From a virus (lineage: Duplodnaviria; Caudoviricetes): a stretch of 64,000 bases of DNA. Within the stretch, counting starts at the first letter, position 1. Each line of letters starts with the position of its first letter. This document shows positions 20,897-30,270 of the stretch, in pieces. The notes under the pieces were generated by a model. The model was not told the origin of the DNA and searched no databases. It saw nothing but the letters and a program-made list of their open reading frames with translations. Made by a program: the position numbers and the translations under genes. The stretch is taken from positions 7,319-71,318 of the IMG/VR virus record IMGVR_UViG_2728368913_000005; one strand, 5' to 3'.

Positions 20897-21391
20897 CTAT
20901 CCTATCTTTTCATCTGCAACGAAATATCCTTCATCTGTAGCAATTGCATAGATTGCAGACAGCGCTACCGTAGCCACGCCGTTATCACGCTCAAGGCCTG
21001 ATATGGATTGAATGTGGTAGATCAGTTCACCATCCTCGCTGCTAACTTTTCCATCGCTACTGATGTGAACCGCCCACACTGGTCGGAAGAAAGGTCCGCC
21101 GTTACTAGACGAAACAAGCTTCTCGAAGACGTATCGAACTCCAATGTTGCCACCGCTCAATTGAACAATAGCTACGGCTCGAGCCTGTCCAAAAGGAGTG
21201 CTTATGTGCAGCACGATGCCATCACCAGCAACACAGCAAGAAGTGCCCCAGTATTCAGCCGGGTGCTCGGCGTTAAGGAGTTCGTTAATTCCTTTGCTCA
21301 ACTTGGCTGCGAACGATTTAACCTGGCCGGCATGGAATGCCGCGTTCCTTGTCAAGTCGAATTGACTATCTTGGATCTTTTCAAAACTCAT
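20897..21391 (-). CDS. Hypothetical protein (moron-like, lower GC)
   Basis: AGGAGG RBS, 164 aa ORF. Confidence 0.7.
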   Translation of the reverse strand: MSFEKIQDSQFDLTRNAAFHAGQVKSFAAKLSKGINELLNAEHPAEYWGTSCCVAGDGIVLHISTPFGQARAVAIVQLSGGNIGVRYVFEKLVSSSNGGPFFRPVWAVHISSDGKVSSEDGELIYHIQSISGLERDNGVATVALSAIYAIATDEGYFVADEKIG

Positions 21392-21444
21392 AACAGCCTC
21401 CTTTCAAATGAAGGCCGAGTATGCAGCAGTCATCTCCAGCGCAC

Positions 21445-21873
21445 CTAACTGATTACCTGAAAGGTCCTGACCTTCCCGCCAGTGTAAATGTCACGCTTCA
21501 TCGCGGCCCGAACCGCCTCTTCTGCACTTGCGCCCATATCCATGGCTGCCAGCGCGAAGGCAGAGCCGCTGCCAATAGCATCAGGGTTGGCCGGGTCGAG
21601 TGGCTGCTTCCAGATGCCGGTCTTTTCGTCATACCCAACCATCAGCAGATTTCCTCCGTCGGCGGCATAACCTGAGCACTCTACGGGGCTGGGAGATGGA
21701 GTACCGAAGTAGGCCGCGATTAGAGCCTTTTCATCGCACACTGCACCTGACAGGAAGAAGCTGACACCATCGACAACCTGGCACTTCGCACAATCATCAG
21801 AAACGATCGTGCCGTTTCGTGTCTGACGGGTGTCATGGGCGATCACGCCGTCTTTGTAGGCAATGGTCGTCAT
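21445..21873 (-). CDS. Proteasome-beta/HslV-like Ntn hydrolase
   Basis: N-terminal MTTIAY..GVIAHDTRQT; AIGSGSAFALAAM; DIYTGG. Confidence 0.8.
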   Translation of the reverse strand: MTTIAYKDGVIAHDTRQTRNGTIVSDDCAKCQVVDGVSFFLSGAVCDEKALIAAYFGTPSPSPVECSGYAADGGNLLMVGYDEKTGIWKQPLDPANPDAIGSGSAFALAAMDMGASAEEAVRAAMKRDIYTGGKVRTFQVIS

Positions 21874-21876
21874 GCG

Positions 21877-22011
21877 TTACTCCACTGTGCAGCGTGGCCA
21901 GATCGACCGGGCAAAGGCAAGCGCACCTTCGTGATCAAGGGCGCACTCAAGAAGGATCATCGGGAATGGTTTGTATCCGGGCGTGATGACCATCCAATTC
22001 TTCTTGGTCAT
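21877..22011 (-). CDS. 44-aa hypothetical protein
   Basis: Manual translation MTKKNWMVITPGYKPFPMIL...; overlaps upstream stop (ATGA). Confidence 0.55.
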   Translation of the reverse strand: MTKKNWMVITPGYKPFPMILLECALDHEGALAFARSIWPRCTVE

Positions 22012-22214
22012 GGCTCACTAGCGACCTCCCGGTATTCCGTGCACGGGTACCGAACCAGATAGTTTCCGCGGGCGCCGCACTCGGTGCATCCGTGCGGAAA
22101 TTGCGCTGGCAGCGATGTCAGAACCATCCCAGTCCAACGCATAACACCTTCGCCGCATTCGTCGCACTGATAGTCAATCTGGTGAACGGTCACCTGCTTT
22201 TCTGTTGCGGGCAT
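22008..22214 (-). CDS. Small zinc-ribbon protein
   Basis: CDECG...HGCTECG; GGAG RBS. Confidence 0.7.
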   Translation of the reverse strand: MPATEKQVTVHQIDYQCDECGEGVMRWTGMVLTSLPAQFPHGCTECGARGNYLVRYPCTEYREVASEP

Positions 22215-22271
22215 GATGATCTCCAGAATGCAAAAGCCCCGACGAAGGCCGGGCCTGTGGATGTTCGTTCG

Positions 22272-22487
22272 TTAAGCTGCTGTTACGGTCACATTGCCGC
22301 GCAAGCGCCGGGTGTAGACCTCTTCACGGGCAGGCCGCTTTGCTCTCACCGGCTTGGGCGCGTAGACAGCTATGCCGACAGCCGTATCGCACCAGAGAAC
22401 ATTGTCGATCTCATTGCCATTCACGAACACACGTCTGCGACCACGGCCGTCTCCGGCACTATGAAAAGTGGGATGGGGCATGATCAC
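22272..22487 (-). CDS. Hypothetical protein
   Basis: ORF in operon orientation with GGAG RBS. Confidence 0.6.
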   Translation of the reverse strand: MIMPHPTFHSAGDGRGRRRVFVNGNEIDNVLWCDTAVGIAVYAPKPVRAKRPAREEVYTRRLRGNVTVTAA

Positions 22488-22528
22488 TCCGCGCCACGAA
22501 ATGGCAGTGTTTGAATGTGTGGCGCTGT

Positions 22529-22822
22529 TTAGGTATACGCCTTCCAGTCAGCCTTAAACTTGTTCGGCTGAACCACCAAGTGCAAATATCCGAAGACCGG
22601 CAGGTTCAGCGTCAGAGATCCGTTCCAGCCAGGTGCCGACTTGTAAGTTCGGGCAGAACCGAATCCGTAAGGAATCAGCTTATTCGCGGTTCGCCAGTTG
22701 AGAGCCCAGCGCCAAGTAAGCGAGTTGCGCCAGTGCAGCGAGGCAATGAGCATCCCAGTTCGACGGCCATCGGGCGCATGCATGCGACTCAAAAACTTCA
22801 GCGGACCGAATCTCATGACCAT
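22529..22822 (-). CDS. Hypothetical protein
   Basis: ORF in operon orientation with GAGG RBS. Confidence 0.55.
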   Translation of the reverse strand: MVMRFGPLKFLSRMHAPDGRRTGMLIASLHWRNSLTWRWALNWRTANKLIPYGFGSARTYKSAPGWNGSLTLNLPVFGYLHLVVQPNKFKADWKAYT

Positions 22823-22856
22823 TCCTCACGCAGAATTTAGCTTAACCTGTGGCGCG

Positions 22857-23195
22857 TTACGGCGTCTGCCGTTCTACCGCCTCGTTGACCTTGTCGGCAG
22901 CTTTGCTGGCTGTCTCTGCCGCCTTGGTGGCCTTGCCGGCTGCGTCCTCAACCTTCCCTGCTGCATCGGTCGCGGTCTTGGCCAGCTTGTTGAGGCGCAT
23001 GTCGCGCTGCTTGGTGGCCTCGTCGTAACCCAGACGAACTTCGGCGACCTGGGCGCTGTACCAACTGGCAAGCGACCATTGCGAAGCACCGAAGCCCAGC
23101 GCGAACGAGCCGGTTACCAGCAGCGAGGCAATAACCCACACCTCGACTCGACGCCACCAACGGCGTGCAATGAAATCAATTGCGCATCTTTCCAT
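22857..23195 (-). CDS. Membrane protein of the lysis region (TM plus coiled coil)
   Basis: One TM segment, Ala/Lys-rich tail, coupled to upstream gene. Confidence 0.7.
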   Translation of the reverse strand: MERCAIDFIARRWWRRVEVWVIASLLVTGSFALGFGASQWSLASWYSAQVAEVRLGYDEATKQRDMRLNKLAKTATDAAGKVEDAAGKATKAAETASKAADKVNEAVERQTP

Positions 23196-23566
23196 CAGTT
23201 GAGCCCTCCCAACTTGGTACGCAGGCGGGCAATCTCTGCGCTCTGCGATGTTACCTTGTCAGTGAGTTGAGTGATCTGGCTGGTAAGGGCTTCGATCTTG
23301 CCCTCCATCCGGCCGACAGCAGCAGCGAGTTCGTTACGCTCTTTGGCGAACTGATCAGATCGGGCCTCGGCCTCTTTGCGAGCCAGGCGCTCAGAGTCGA
23401 GCAGTTCGTTCAGCCTGCGGACGGTGCCGATATCGGCGTTGTCCATGGCGCGGTCGGTCGCATCCCTGGAGAGGAATTTCCTCAACCAAAGGAAGCCACC
23501 CAGCAGGATTGTGCCCGTACCGCCCAGCCAGGTAGCTGTGCCTGGGCCAAGGTCGGTTGGGTCCAT
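23195..23566 (-). CDS. Putative holin-like protein (first late gene)
   Basis: N-terminal TM plus coiled coil; GGAG RBS; directly after the late promoter/terminator. Confidence 0.6.
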   Translation of the reverse strand: MDPTDLGPGTATWLGGTGTILLGGFLWLRKFLSRDATDRAMDNADIGTVRRLNELLDSERLARKEAEARSDQFAKERNELAAAVGRMEGKIEALTSQITQLTDKVTSQSAEIARLRTKLGGLN

Positions 23567-23683
23567 CGTTACTCCGGAATAAAAAGGGCCGTCAGGGCGG
23601 CCAATTAGGAACAAGGTGCGAATGAGGCCCTCGCTGAACTTGGCGATCAGAGGTTCCGAGGGGTTTGGGTAAATCGCAGGCAC

Positions 23684-23716
23684 AAAAAAAGCCCGACGGT
23701 TAAGCCGGGCTTTTTC
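23684..23716. terminator. Bidirectional intrinsic terminator (tR'-like)
   Basis: AAAAAAAGCCCG-ACGGTTAAGC-CGGGCTTTTT. Confidence 0.8.
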
Positions 23717-23758
23717 TGGTCAATCCCCTATGTGCGCAGGAATGACAGGATGGGGTGG

Positions 23759-23788
23759 ATAATGGCTCACTGGATCAATCGCCGTCAA
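23759..23788 (-). promoter_or_regulatory. Putative late promoter (pR'-like)
   Basis: TTGACG-N18-CATTAT right after the Q-like gene. Confidence 0.55.
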
Positions 23789-24330
23789 GCGCAATCTGCA
23801 ATCAAAATGCCTTCAGCCTCCAAAATGTGCTGAGCTTCAGTCAGCGCCACGTCCACCATGCTCTCCAGCCCCTTGCGAATGTCACGCCTCCATCGCTCCT
23901 GCGTTTTGATCGGGTGCGGATCGTCGCTCCAGTTGTCCATCTCGTACCAGGTAGCTGGAAGCACATTTGTACTCCGCTTGCCTTCAACGCCAGGCAGCTT
24001 TGGCATGGCCCATGTGACGATCGCGCAGTGACGGAACCTCTCAGGCGCCGGCGACCGGTACTGCTTGGTGATTTCCGTGATCGCCGCGTGCTTGCGGTCG
24101 GTGTGCGTCGAGAACTTCGCCACCAGCGCGCGCCAGTGATCCGGGCTCAGCGCCTTGTGCAGTCGACCGAACACCCAGCAGTCGGTCAGGAATGCCGCCT
24201 CCTTGCCGACGATCTCGCCCTTCTGCTTGGCGCATTGGACCTTCGGCTCGAAATCACAGCCTCCGGCGGAGCTGATGGTTTCCGCGGCCAGAGCCCGGAC
24301 CACTGCTGCTACAACGTTCCGATACATCAT
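23785..24330 (-). CDS. Late antiterminator (Q-like), by position
   Basis: Follows ninG and precedes the late promoter; 181 aa. Confidence 0.6.
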   Translation of the reverse strand: MMYRNVVAAVVRALAAETISSAGGCDFEPKVQCAKQKGEIVGKEAAFLTDCWVFGRLHKALSPDHWRALVAKFSTHTDRKHAAITEITKQYRSPAPERFRHCAIVTWAMPKLPGVEGKRSTNVLPATWYEMDNWSDDPHPIKTQERWRRDIRKGLESMVDVALTEAQHILEAEGILIADCA

Positions 24331-24920
24331 GCCGCTTCTCCTTTCTTCAATTCTCTGGTCAGTGCCCGGTACTTGGCCGTAAGAGCTTTCAGCTCTTCGA
24401 TGGTGTACTTCTGGGGCTCATGAGGGCCTTCGAGCCACGCCAGCGCCTCTGCGCCGATCTTAGCCAGCAGGCCGGGACGATATCCGAGCAGGTTCCCCGA
24501 CTTGCCCATGTTGCAGTTGCGGTTGCATTGCAGGTGGACGTTCAGCGGCTCAAACCTGAGTTCAGGGCATGATCCGACCGTGCGGAAGTGGCCGGCACAC
24601 ATCTGCACGTCGGCGGTGGTGCCGCAACTGATGCATGGTTGACCGGCATCCCGCTCACGAATCCAGGCGTTGAAAGAGGTTTGCGTGTCCTTCATGTGGT
24701 CGCTGCGGGACTTCAGCTTCTCCTTGCGCACCTTGATCTCGGAGCGCTCGACCTGGGCCAGCGCCTTGCGCGCCTTAGCCTGATTCCTCGGCGCATCGAT
24801 GATTGCGCAGGCCGGGCTACATACCGCCTGCCCGAGCTTCTGCGGTACGAATGAGGCCCCGCACTCAGGTACGCGGCATTTCTTCGCCTTGCGGGTTTTG
24901 GATTGGAGGCTTACGCGCAT
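24327..24920 (-). CDS. ninG: NinG/Rap junction endonuclease
   Basis: FNAWIRERDAGQPCISCG...AGHFRTVG...LRFEPLNVHLQC. Confidence 0.93.
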   Translation of the reverse strand: MRVSLQSKTRKAKKCRVPECGASFVPQKLGQAVCSPACAIIDAPRNQAKARKALAQVERSEIKVRKEKLKSRSDHMKDTQTSFNAWIRERDAGQPCISCGTTADVQMCAGHFRTVGSCPELRFEPLNVHLQCNRNCNMGKSGNLLGYRPGLLAKIGAEALAWLEGPHEPQKYTIEELKALTAKYRALTRELKKGEAA

Positions 24921-25141
24921 GGCTCAGCCTCCACGCTCACCAGAAGAACGTCAGCCCAGCGGCAACTGTAGGGGCCGAACACCGCTATGACTTTGTAGCG
25001 CTCCCCTTCCTTGCAAAAGATCTGTTCACAAGTCGGTGGGCTTGCTTCCGCCGTCAGTGCGATTCGCTCCGAGCCCAGATTCCACGTCACCATGCACTTG
25101 CTCAGCAGCTCAGATATCGTCGGCTCTTTGTAATGGATCAT
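24911..25141 (-). CDS. Hypothetical nin-region protein
   Basis: ATGA-coupled small ORF. Confidence 0.55.
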   Translation of the reverse strand: MIHYKEPTISELLSKCMVTWNLGSERIALTAEASPPTCEQIFCKEGERYKVIAVFGPYSCRWADVLLVSVEAEPCA

Positions 25142-25605
25142 GCTGCCGCCTCCCATTGCTCAGGCATCTGCCCTTTCGGTTCAGTCCAGCGAACGCCCTT
25201 CTCTGCTCCGAACACATACATGCACTCGACCACATCGCCCAGCTCGGCCACGGTCATGCGCTTGGTGCTCTCCCCGAGCATCACCACACCGCCGTTGATG
25301 CCAGAGGCCATACGCACCTCTTGGCGGGCGGCAGCGGTCATGAGGGCCTTCCAGTCCTCGCTGTCGAGCTTCTGCATAACACCGTTGACCGGCCATTCGA
25401 CTTGGCGGGAAATGTCGCCCAGCATTGCCCAAAGCTTGGCGTTCTGCTCCAAGGTGCGGCGGGACTTGACCGGTCGCACGATGATCTCGATTGCTCCGGC
25501 GACGGCCAGATCAGTTGCGAAGAGGTACGCCAGTCGGCACACCTCACGTACGCGGCTCGGGCCTGATGACCAGAAATGCCGCGGCTTGGCGAGTGCTTCA
25601 GTCAT
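25138..25605 (-). CDS. ninB: NinB/Orf recombination protein
   Basis: RTLEQNAKLWAMLGDISRQV motif. Confidence 0.9.
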   Translation of the reverse strand: MTEALAKPRHFWSSGPSRVREVCRLAYLFATDLAVAGAIEIIVRPVKSRRTLEQNAKLWAMLGDISRQVEWPVNGVMQKLDSEDWKALMTAAARQEVRMASGINGGVVMLGESTKRMTVAELGDVVECMYVFGAEKGVRWTEPKGQMPEQWEAAA

Positions 25606-25695
25606 GAATCACCCCCAAGAACGAATACGCTTCACGGCCGTCATGCAGAACCTTGGCGGTGTTGAGCAGGGTTAGGAGTTGCTCCCAGGTCAGGA

Positions 25696-26238
25696 TCATT
25701 GGGAGACCTCCTTGCTAATTGCGGCGTCGAGGGCCGCTATGACCGCTCGGCGCAGTGGGTGCCTGAAAGATATTTCTTTATTTTCATCCAGTAGCCTGCG
25801 CACCTTCGCCTCATGCATGATGAATTCGCGTGCAGCAAGCAGAGGCTTACGCAGCGCCTCGCACTCAGCCCTCAACTCAGCATTCACCCGATCGTAAGCT
25901 TCGTAGCCGGTCTTGAGGTCTGCGTTCTCGGCCTTGAGCTGGTCGCGTTCATGTTTTACGTCAATCAACTGAGCAGCAAAGCAATCGCATTTGCCACGCC
26001 ATTCGCCGACGAGGTCATGCACGTCACCGGTATCTCCGCAATTCCAGCAGGACGGTCCGTGATGCCAGACCTCAAGTTCTTGCGCTAGATCACGTTCTTT
26101 GATGCTCTGCAAAGTCTTCAGCCGCTCGTTCTCGGACAGCAGAGCCTGAGCCATCGAATGGAACTGCCTTCTCGACAGATCGTTCTCCATCGCCATTTCG
26201 AAGGGCATGCCGATCACAGCTCTGGTTATTTCGCTCAT
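25696..26238 (-). CDS. Hypothetical coiled-coil protein with Cys motif
   Basis: Coupled ORF in the nin region. Confidence 0.7.
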   Translation of the reverse strand: MSEITRAVIGMPFEMAMENDLSRRQFHSMAQALLSENERLKTLQSIKERDLAQELEVWHHGPSCWNCGDTGDVHDLVGEWRGKCDCFAAQLIDVKHERDQLKAENADLKTGYEAYDRVNAELRAECEALRKPLLAAREFIMHEAKVRRLLDENKEISFRHPLRRAVIAALDAAISKEVSQ

Positions 26239-26558
26239 GGTCGAACTCCTTGGATCGAAGCGAAATCAAAGTCCGGCAGTTCGCTAACGCCATTGAGATA
26301 GTCGACCATCACCTTCACGTCGCTCTCGTCACATGCGCCAGGCTGGGCCTGCCAGCAGTAGAACGGATCGGTGTTCGGCATTGCGCCGTAGCACATGATC
26401 CCGTACCTGCTGTACATGCCGTCATGGACGATCCCGACTCGGGCCTTTCCCTTGTCGAAGTACACGATGTAGTGGTTGATCCCTTCGGAGCGGACGAGCT
26501 TCGGATTCTTCCGGTTGTTGCGCTTGATCCACTTTTCAACTTCAGTGATCTGGCTCAT
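26235..26558 (-). CDS. Hypothetical protein
   Basis: ATGA-coupled ORF, start MSQITEV. Confidence 0.65.
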   Translation of the reverse strand: MSQITEVEKWIKRNNRKNPKLVRSEGINHYIVYFDKGKARVGIVHDGMYSRYGIMCYGAMPNTDPFYCWQAQPGACDESDVKVMVDYLNGVSELPDFDFASIQGVRP

Positions 26559-26932
26559 GACAGCAGCTCCTTGGGCACGCTTACGGTTTCGCCAAGTTTT
26601 TCCTCGACAATCGCGCGGCAAATTGCCAGCTCAGGAGAGGATCCCTCGGCCTCTGGAGTGGCTGGCTCATCATCGGCCATCACTTGAGCTTCCCAGTCGC
26701 CGATGTACAAAGGCCGGACCTCGATTCGATAGCGCTTAATGAGAGCACCAAGCCAAATCCATGAAACGGTAGGATTGAATTTGCAGGTTCCGCAGTCGCC
26801 TATGTAGACGAAGGTGTGCTCATGGATACCCGTGAAGTAGACCTTCGGGTCGCGTCCATCAGCCTTCGCCACAGCCCAGTCCAGCGCCGCCCCGACCAGA
26901 TCGGCCGTCTTCACTTCTACGAACTCAGTCAT
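26555..26932 (-). CDS. NinX-family (DUF2591) protein
   Basis: LVGAALDWAVAKA...FNPTVSW...AICRAIV. Confidence 0.8.
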   Translation of the reverse strand: MTEFVEVKTADLVGAALDWAVAKADGRDPKVYFTGIHEHTFVYIGDCGTCKFNPTVSWIWLGALIKRYRIEVRPLYIGDWEAQVMADDEPATPEAEGSSPELAICRAIVEEKLGETVSVPKELLS

Positions 26933-27117
26933 GCCAGTCTCTCCGCTGATTCCGCGATCAATGCCATGCGCTCAAGGCGCTGCTGGGCCTGGTCATCAAG
27001 GTTCTTGCCGTCGGCTTCGTCCACTACGGGCATGCACACAAAGCCGATGCCAGACTTCGCGAGGGCGTGCGCCATTTGGAGTGAATGACGGAGCTTTTCT
27101 GGGTTTGCGCGGTTCAT
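26929..27117 (-). CDS. Hypothetical protein
   Basis: ATGA-coupled ORF. Confidence 0.65.
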   Translation of the reverse strand: MNRANPEKLRHSLQMAHALAKSGIGFVCMPVVDEADGKNLDDQAQQRLERMALIAESAERLA

Positions 27118-27314
27118 GGCTTCACCCTGAAAAATTCAATTTCAAATGGACCGACGTACACCCGGAAGGCAGGGCGGGCAGACACTTTGGTGAAGTAGAA
27201 ATGCCAGTTCCGCGGACGAAAACCGAAAAGCAGCCAGCCGTGGGCCAGTGCGAAACTGATCATGTAACCGTCGCCACGGAATGGATCACCGAACCGACCT
27301 CGGTTGACCTTCAT
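27114..27314 (-). CDS. Hypothetical protein
   Basis: ATGA-coupled ORF. Confidence 0.6.
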   Translation of the reverse strand: MKVNRGRFGDPFRGDGYMISFALAHGWLLFGFRPRNWHFYFTKVSARPAFRVYVGPFEIEFFRVKP

Positions 27315-27580
27315 GACTTCACCTTCACGCCAGCGGCTTCGATGGCTTTTCGGCAGTCGTTGATCGCATGGATTGCCTCTCCCGGATCGTCGTACCCGTA
27401 GTGGTCCGGCAGCTCAATAACCAGCGCCTCGCGTGAGGCCTGCCATGCCCATGCAGCAGCGCCCATCATTGCGGCCGCATCGTCATTGGCCGACGCAGCC
27501 ATCACACCGAAGCCGAACTTGGCCTGAAACGCCTTGATAAATTCCGCCTTCATGACATCTGTCATTTCGTGAGTACTCAT
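27311..27580 (-). CDS. Hypothetical protein
   Basis: ATGA-coupled ORF with AWQASREALVIELP phage motif. Confidence 0.7.
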   Translation of the reverse strand: MSTHEMTDVMKAEFIKAFQAKFGFGVMAASANDDAAAMMGAAAWAWQASREALVIELPDHYGYDDPGEAIHAINDCRKAIEAAGVKVKS

Positions 27581-28362
27581 TGCCCCGCCCTCTTCAATTC
27601 CAGTTCCTCAGCCTGCTGCTGGAGCAGCGCGAGGCGGTCGGCCAAATCATTGGCGGCCTCGATCTTCAGTTCATTCCTGCGCTCGGCTGAGGCAGCCCTC
27701 ATCTCGTTCATGCTGTCTTTCACAGCCTGGAGCTTTTCGCGAACGATCGGGCTTGGCTTGACGACTTGCCCGGTCAGCAAGCCAGCGATGGCCTGGCCGT
27801 CCTGAGTGATGGGCACCACGTTCAGATCAGCCAGATACGACTGCCCGCGCTCTTGCGGGATGCGCTGCATCTGCACGGCCTTGGTGATCGCCTCGACACG
27901 GCGATTGGCGTCGAAGCCGACAGAAACGTGCCAGTTGATACCTTTTTGGTCGTTGCGGGCCTGAGCCACCAGTCGCTCGTAGGCGCTGATGAACGCCATG
28001 CGCGCGCCGATCTTGTCTCCGGCATCCAGGACGGGTTTTGCGGCAGCCAGGGCCAACTGGATCTCATCGGTGACCACCACCGTCTCGTACTCGTCGTTGG
28101 TGGTCATGGCGATAGCCCAGGCCTCGTCCTTGCCTGGCCGACCATCTTCGGCCTGGATGCGCTGCAGGACCGCGGCCAAAGTGAGTCGGCCAGTCAGCTC
28201 TCGGCGGCAGGACCACAAGGCGTTAGCGATCGAGCTCATGGGGTGTTCGGCCAAGTCCTCAGCCATCAGCTTGGCGGCCGGCGCGCTGAGCGTCTGCCCG
28301 AGGGTTTCGGCGGTGGCGCAGATGGCCATGCTCAGTTCAGCGGTTTCGGCTAAGGAAAGCAT
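27577..28362 (-). CDS. Replication protein P-like (helicase loader position)
   Basis: Follows O-like gene; DGRPGKDEAWA motif. Confidence 0.7.
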   Translation of the reverse strand: MLSLAETAELSMAICATAETLGQTLSAPAAKLMAEDLAEHPMSSIANALWSCRRELTGRLTLAAVLQRIQAEDGRPGKDEAWAIAMTTNDEYETVVVTDEIQLALAAAKPVLDAGDKIGARMAFISAYERLVAQARNDQKGINWHVSVGFDANRRVEAITKAVQMQRIPQERGQSYLADLNVVPITQDGQAIAGLLTGQVVKPSPIVREKLQAVKDSMNEMRAASAERRNELKIEAANDLADRLALLQQQAEELELKRAGQ

Positions 28363-29317
28363 TGCTCTCACCCCCTTCCAAAATGCTGCGACTGGCTTCC
28401 TGAGCCGCGTTGACGTTGGCCTGGGTATCTTCGATCTGGCGGGCGGTCCGGCCATTCATCTGGCGTCCGGTCGCCCACTGAGTGTGATATGCCTCAGCCT
28501 TGGCGATCAGGTTGGTGAGGCTGTGGCAGTCGTTGACGATCCGAGCGTCGTTGATGGTCAGGTAGTACGCGGCAACGCTGTGAGCAACATCTACACCGAG
28601 GCGGTCAACCAGCTTGCCCAAGATGCCGCCCGCAGCAGCGTTCCACACCGGCCAGCACTGGTAGCGCTTTCGGTAGGCCATCGCGTAGTTCGCCCATGCC
28701 TTGAAGGTTTTGCAGGTCTGGTCCTTTGGACCTGGCATGTCAGCCGGGATTTCTACGCGTGGCGCATCTGGACGGTCGACCACAAGCACCAAACTGCCCG
28801 ACTGGTTCGGCCCCGCCGAACCATCCAGCAAGTCCTGACTTGTACCCTGATTGGTATCCTGATTATTGGTATCCTGATTTGTCGGAGATTTTTCCGACCT
28901 TGGCTCGGATTTTTTTCCGACCTTGCTCGGAGATTTATCCGAGGTAGATCGGATTTTTTTCCGACCTTTGCTTTCGGGTGGGGTCGGATATTTTTCCGAC
29001 CCATCAAGCTTGCGATTCCATTCGGTCGCTTTCTCGGTAAGACGAAAAAGTGTGATGCTTGATGTGCTGGAAAGCTCAATGAGACCGGCCTCCTCCAACG
29101 CCTTGAGCATGCGGTACGCGGTGTCCGGCTTGCCGGTCAACAAAGGCAGCTCTTCGACGATCTTGGCTTTGCTGAGGGCAAAGAAAATACCGTCATCAGT
29201 TTTCATCGGCTTTGCCCAGCTTGGGCAGCCGTAGACGAACGCGAACAGCAAGGCCTGCTGAGAATTCAGCCCCCACTCCAACGCCTTCACCTGATTGATC
29301 GTTACGGTGAATTGCAT
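28337..29317 (-). CDS. Replication initiator (O-like)
   Basis: N-terminal wHTH, internal iterons. Confidence 0.85.
   Translation of the reverse strand: MQFTVTINQVKALEWGLNSQQALLFAFVYGCPSWAKPMKTDDGIFFALSKAKIVEELPLLTGKPDTAYRMLKALEEAGLIELSSTSSITLFRLTEKATEWNRKLDGSEKYPTPPESKGRKKIRSTSDKSPSKVGKKSEPRSEKSPTNQDTNNQDTNQGTSQDLLDGSAGPNQSGSLVLVVDRPDAPRVEIPADMPGPKDQTCKTFKAWANYAMAYRKRYQCWPVWNAAAGGILGKLVDRLGVDVAHSVAAYYLTINDARIVNDCHSLTNLIAKAEAYHTQWATGRQMNGRTARQIEDTQANVNAAQEASRSILEGGESNAFLSRNR
28846..28999. repeat. Replication origin: five TCGGA-N6-TCCGA iterons plus GGTATCCTGATT repeats
   Basis: 16-bp palindromes at 28882, 28905, 28927, 28949 and 28984 inside the O-like gene. Confidence 0.85.
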
Positions 29318-29318
29318 A

Positions 29319-30179
29319 TCAAGCCTTACCGACCAGTCGGGCCAGTTCGAGGAAACGGTCGACGTACCAATGTGGCTGCGTCTCGCGCGGGCAGTTGGGG
29401 CTGGTGAGGTTCTTGCCGTAGCGCAGGCCTTTTTCAGTGATGGACCAAAAAGGGACCATTTCCTGTTTCGAGTTCTTGCGCTCGAGGGTCTTGAGGTAGC
29501 CGTGATGCTCCAGCAGGCGATTGAAAGCCGACGCTGTGCTGGCTATTCCGTTGTCTTTGAGAAGACTGGTGAGGGCCTTGGTAGGCATGCTGGAACCATT
29601 GAGGGACTCTGGATCGGCGTCCACGGCGTAACCCGGCAGGAAGCTGGATTCCAGGCCGTTGTTCTTGGCGATCTGCGCGAGCATCATCATTTTGCTCGAA
29701 GGTGCGGGCTTGAGCAGCCTGTCGAAGCACTCCAGGATCGCTAGTTCTCCGATAACTTTCGAATTATTGGTTTCCTGCACTGCGTAGGAACCGGTTTTCC
29801 TGATTGACGGAAGCACCTGGCACACGACCCACTCTTCAAACTGCTCGGCAGCAGGTAACTTGGACTTCATTACCAGTCGGTAAAGATCACGCTCGGGGAT
29901 GATCTGAACTGCCCGAACCTGACCTCCCATTTCGGTATGGCAGGTACTGACCGCCTTGCAATGGGTATTGATGGCCTTGGACGTGTTCGCGTAACCGAGA
30001 GCTTCGGCAATGTCCTTGGCGATGAAGTACGGCTCACCGTGAATGCTGTCCAAAACTCGGATCGGGAACCCATGAAAGTCGAATGGCGTGACCTGAGCGG
30101 TACGCGCCACGTTTCGTGACTGTGAAATTTCGTGGCGCGGACGTTCAGAGTTGACGGTGTGTTGGGAAATGGGCATCAT
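29319..30179 (-). CDS. Bro-N domain antirepressor
   Basis: EPYFIAKDIAEALGY...FEEWVVCQVLPSIRKTGSY. Confidence 0.88.
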   Translation of the reverse strand: MMPISQHTVNSERPRHEISQSRNVARTAQVTPFDFHGFPIRVLDSIHGEPYFIAKDIAEALGYANTSKAINTHCKAVSTCHTEMGGQVRAVQIIPERDLYRLVMKSKLPAAEQFEEWVVCQVLPSIRKTGSYAVQETNNSKVIGELAILECFDRLLKPAPSSKMMMLAQIAKNNGLESSFLPGYAVDADPESLNGSSMPTKALTSLLKDNGIASTASAFNRLLEHHGYLKTLERKNSKQEMVPFWSITEKGLRYGKNLTSPNCPRETQPHWYVDRFLELARLVGKA

Positions 30180-30270
30180 TCGCTCCAGTACTTTGTTGCA
30201 AGCGATGTAAAAAGAGCCGGGATTGCGCCCCGGCTTTTTTGTGCCTGCGATTTGATGATTGGATTGCTCA

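Noticed and set aside
28846-28999. CRISPR-like or guide-RNA array
   Set aside because: The repeats are short palindromes with mostly 6-7 bp gaps inside the O-like gene, i.e. origin iterons; no cas genes are present.
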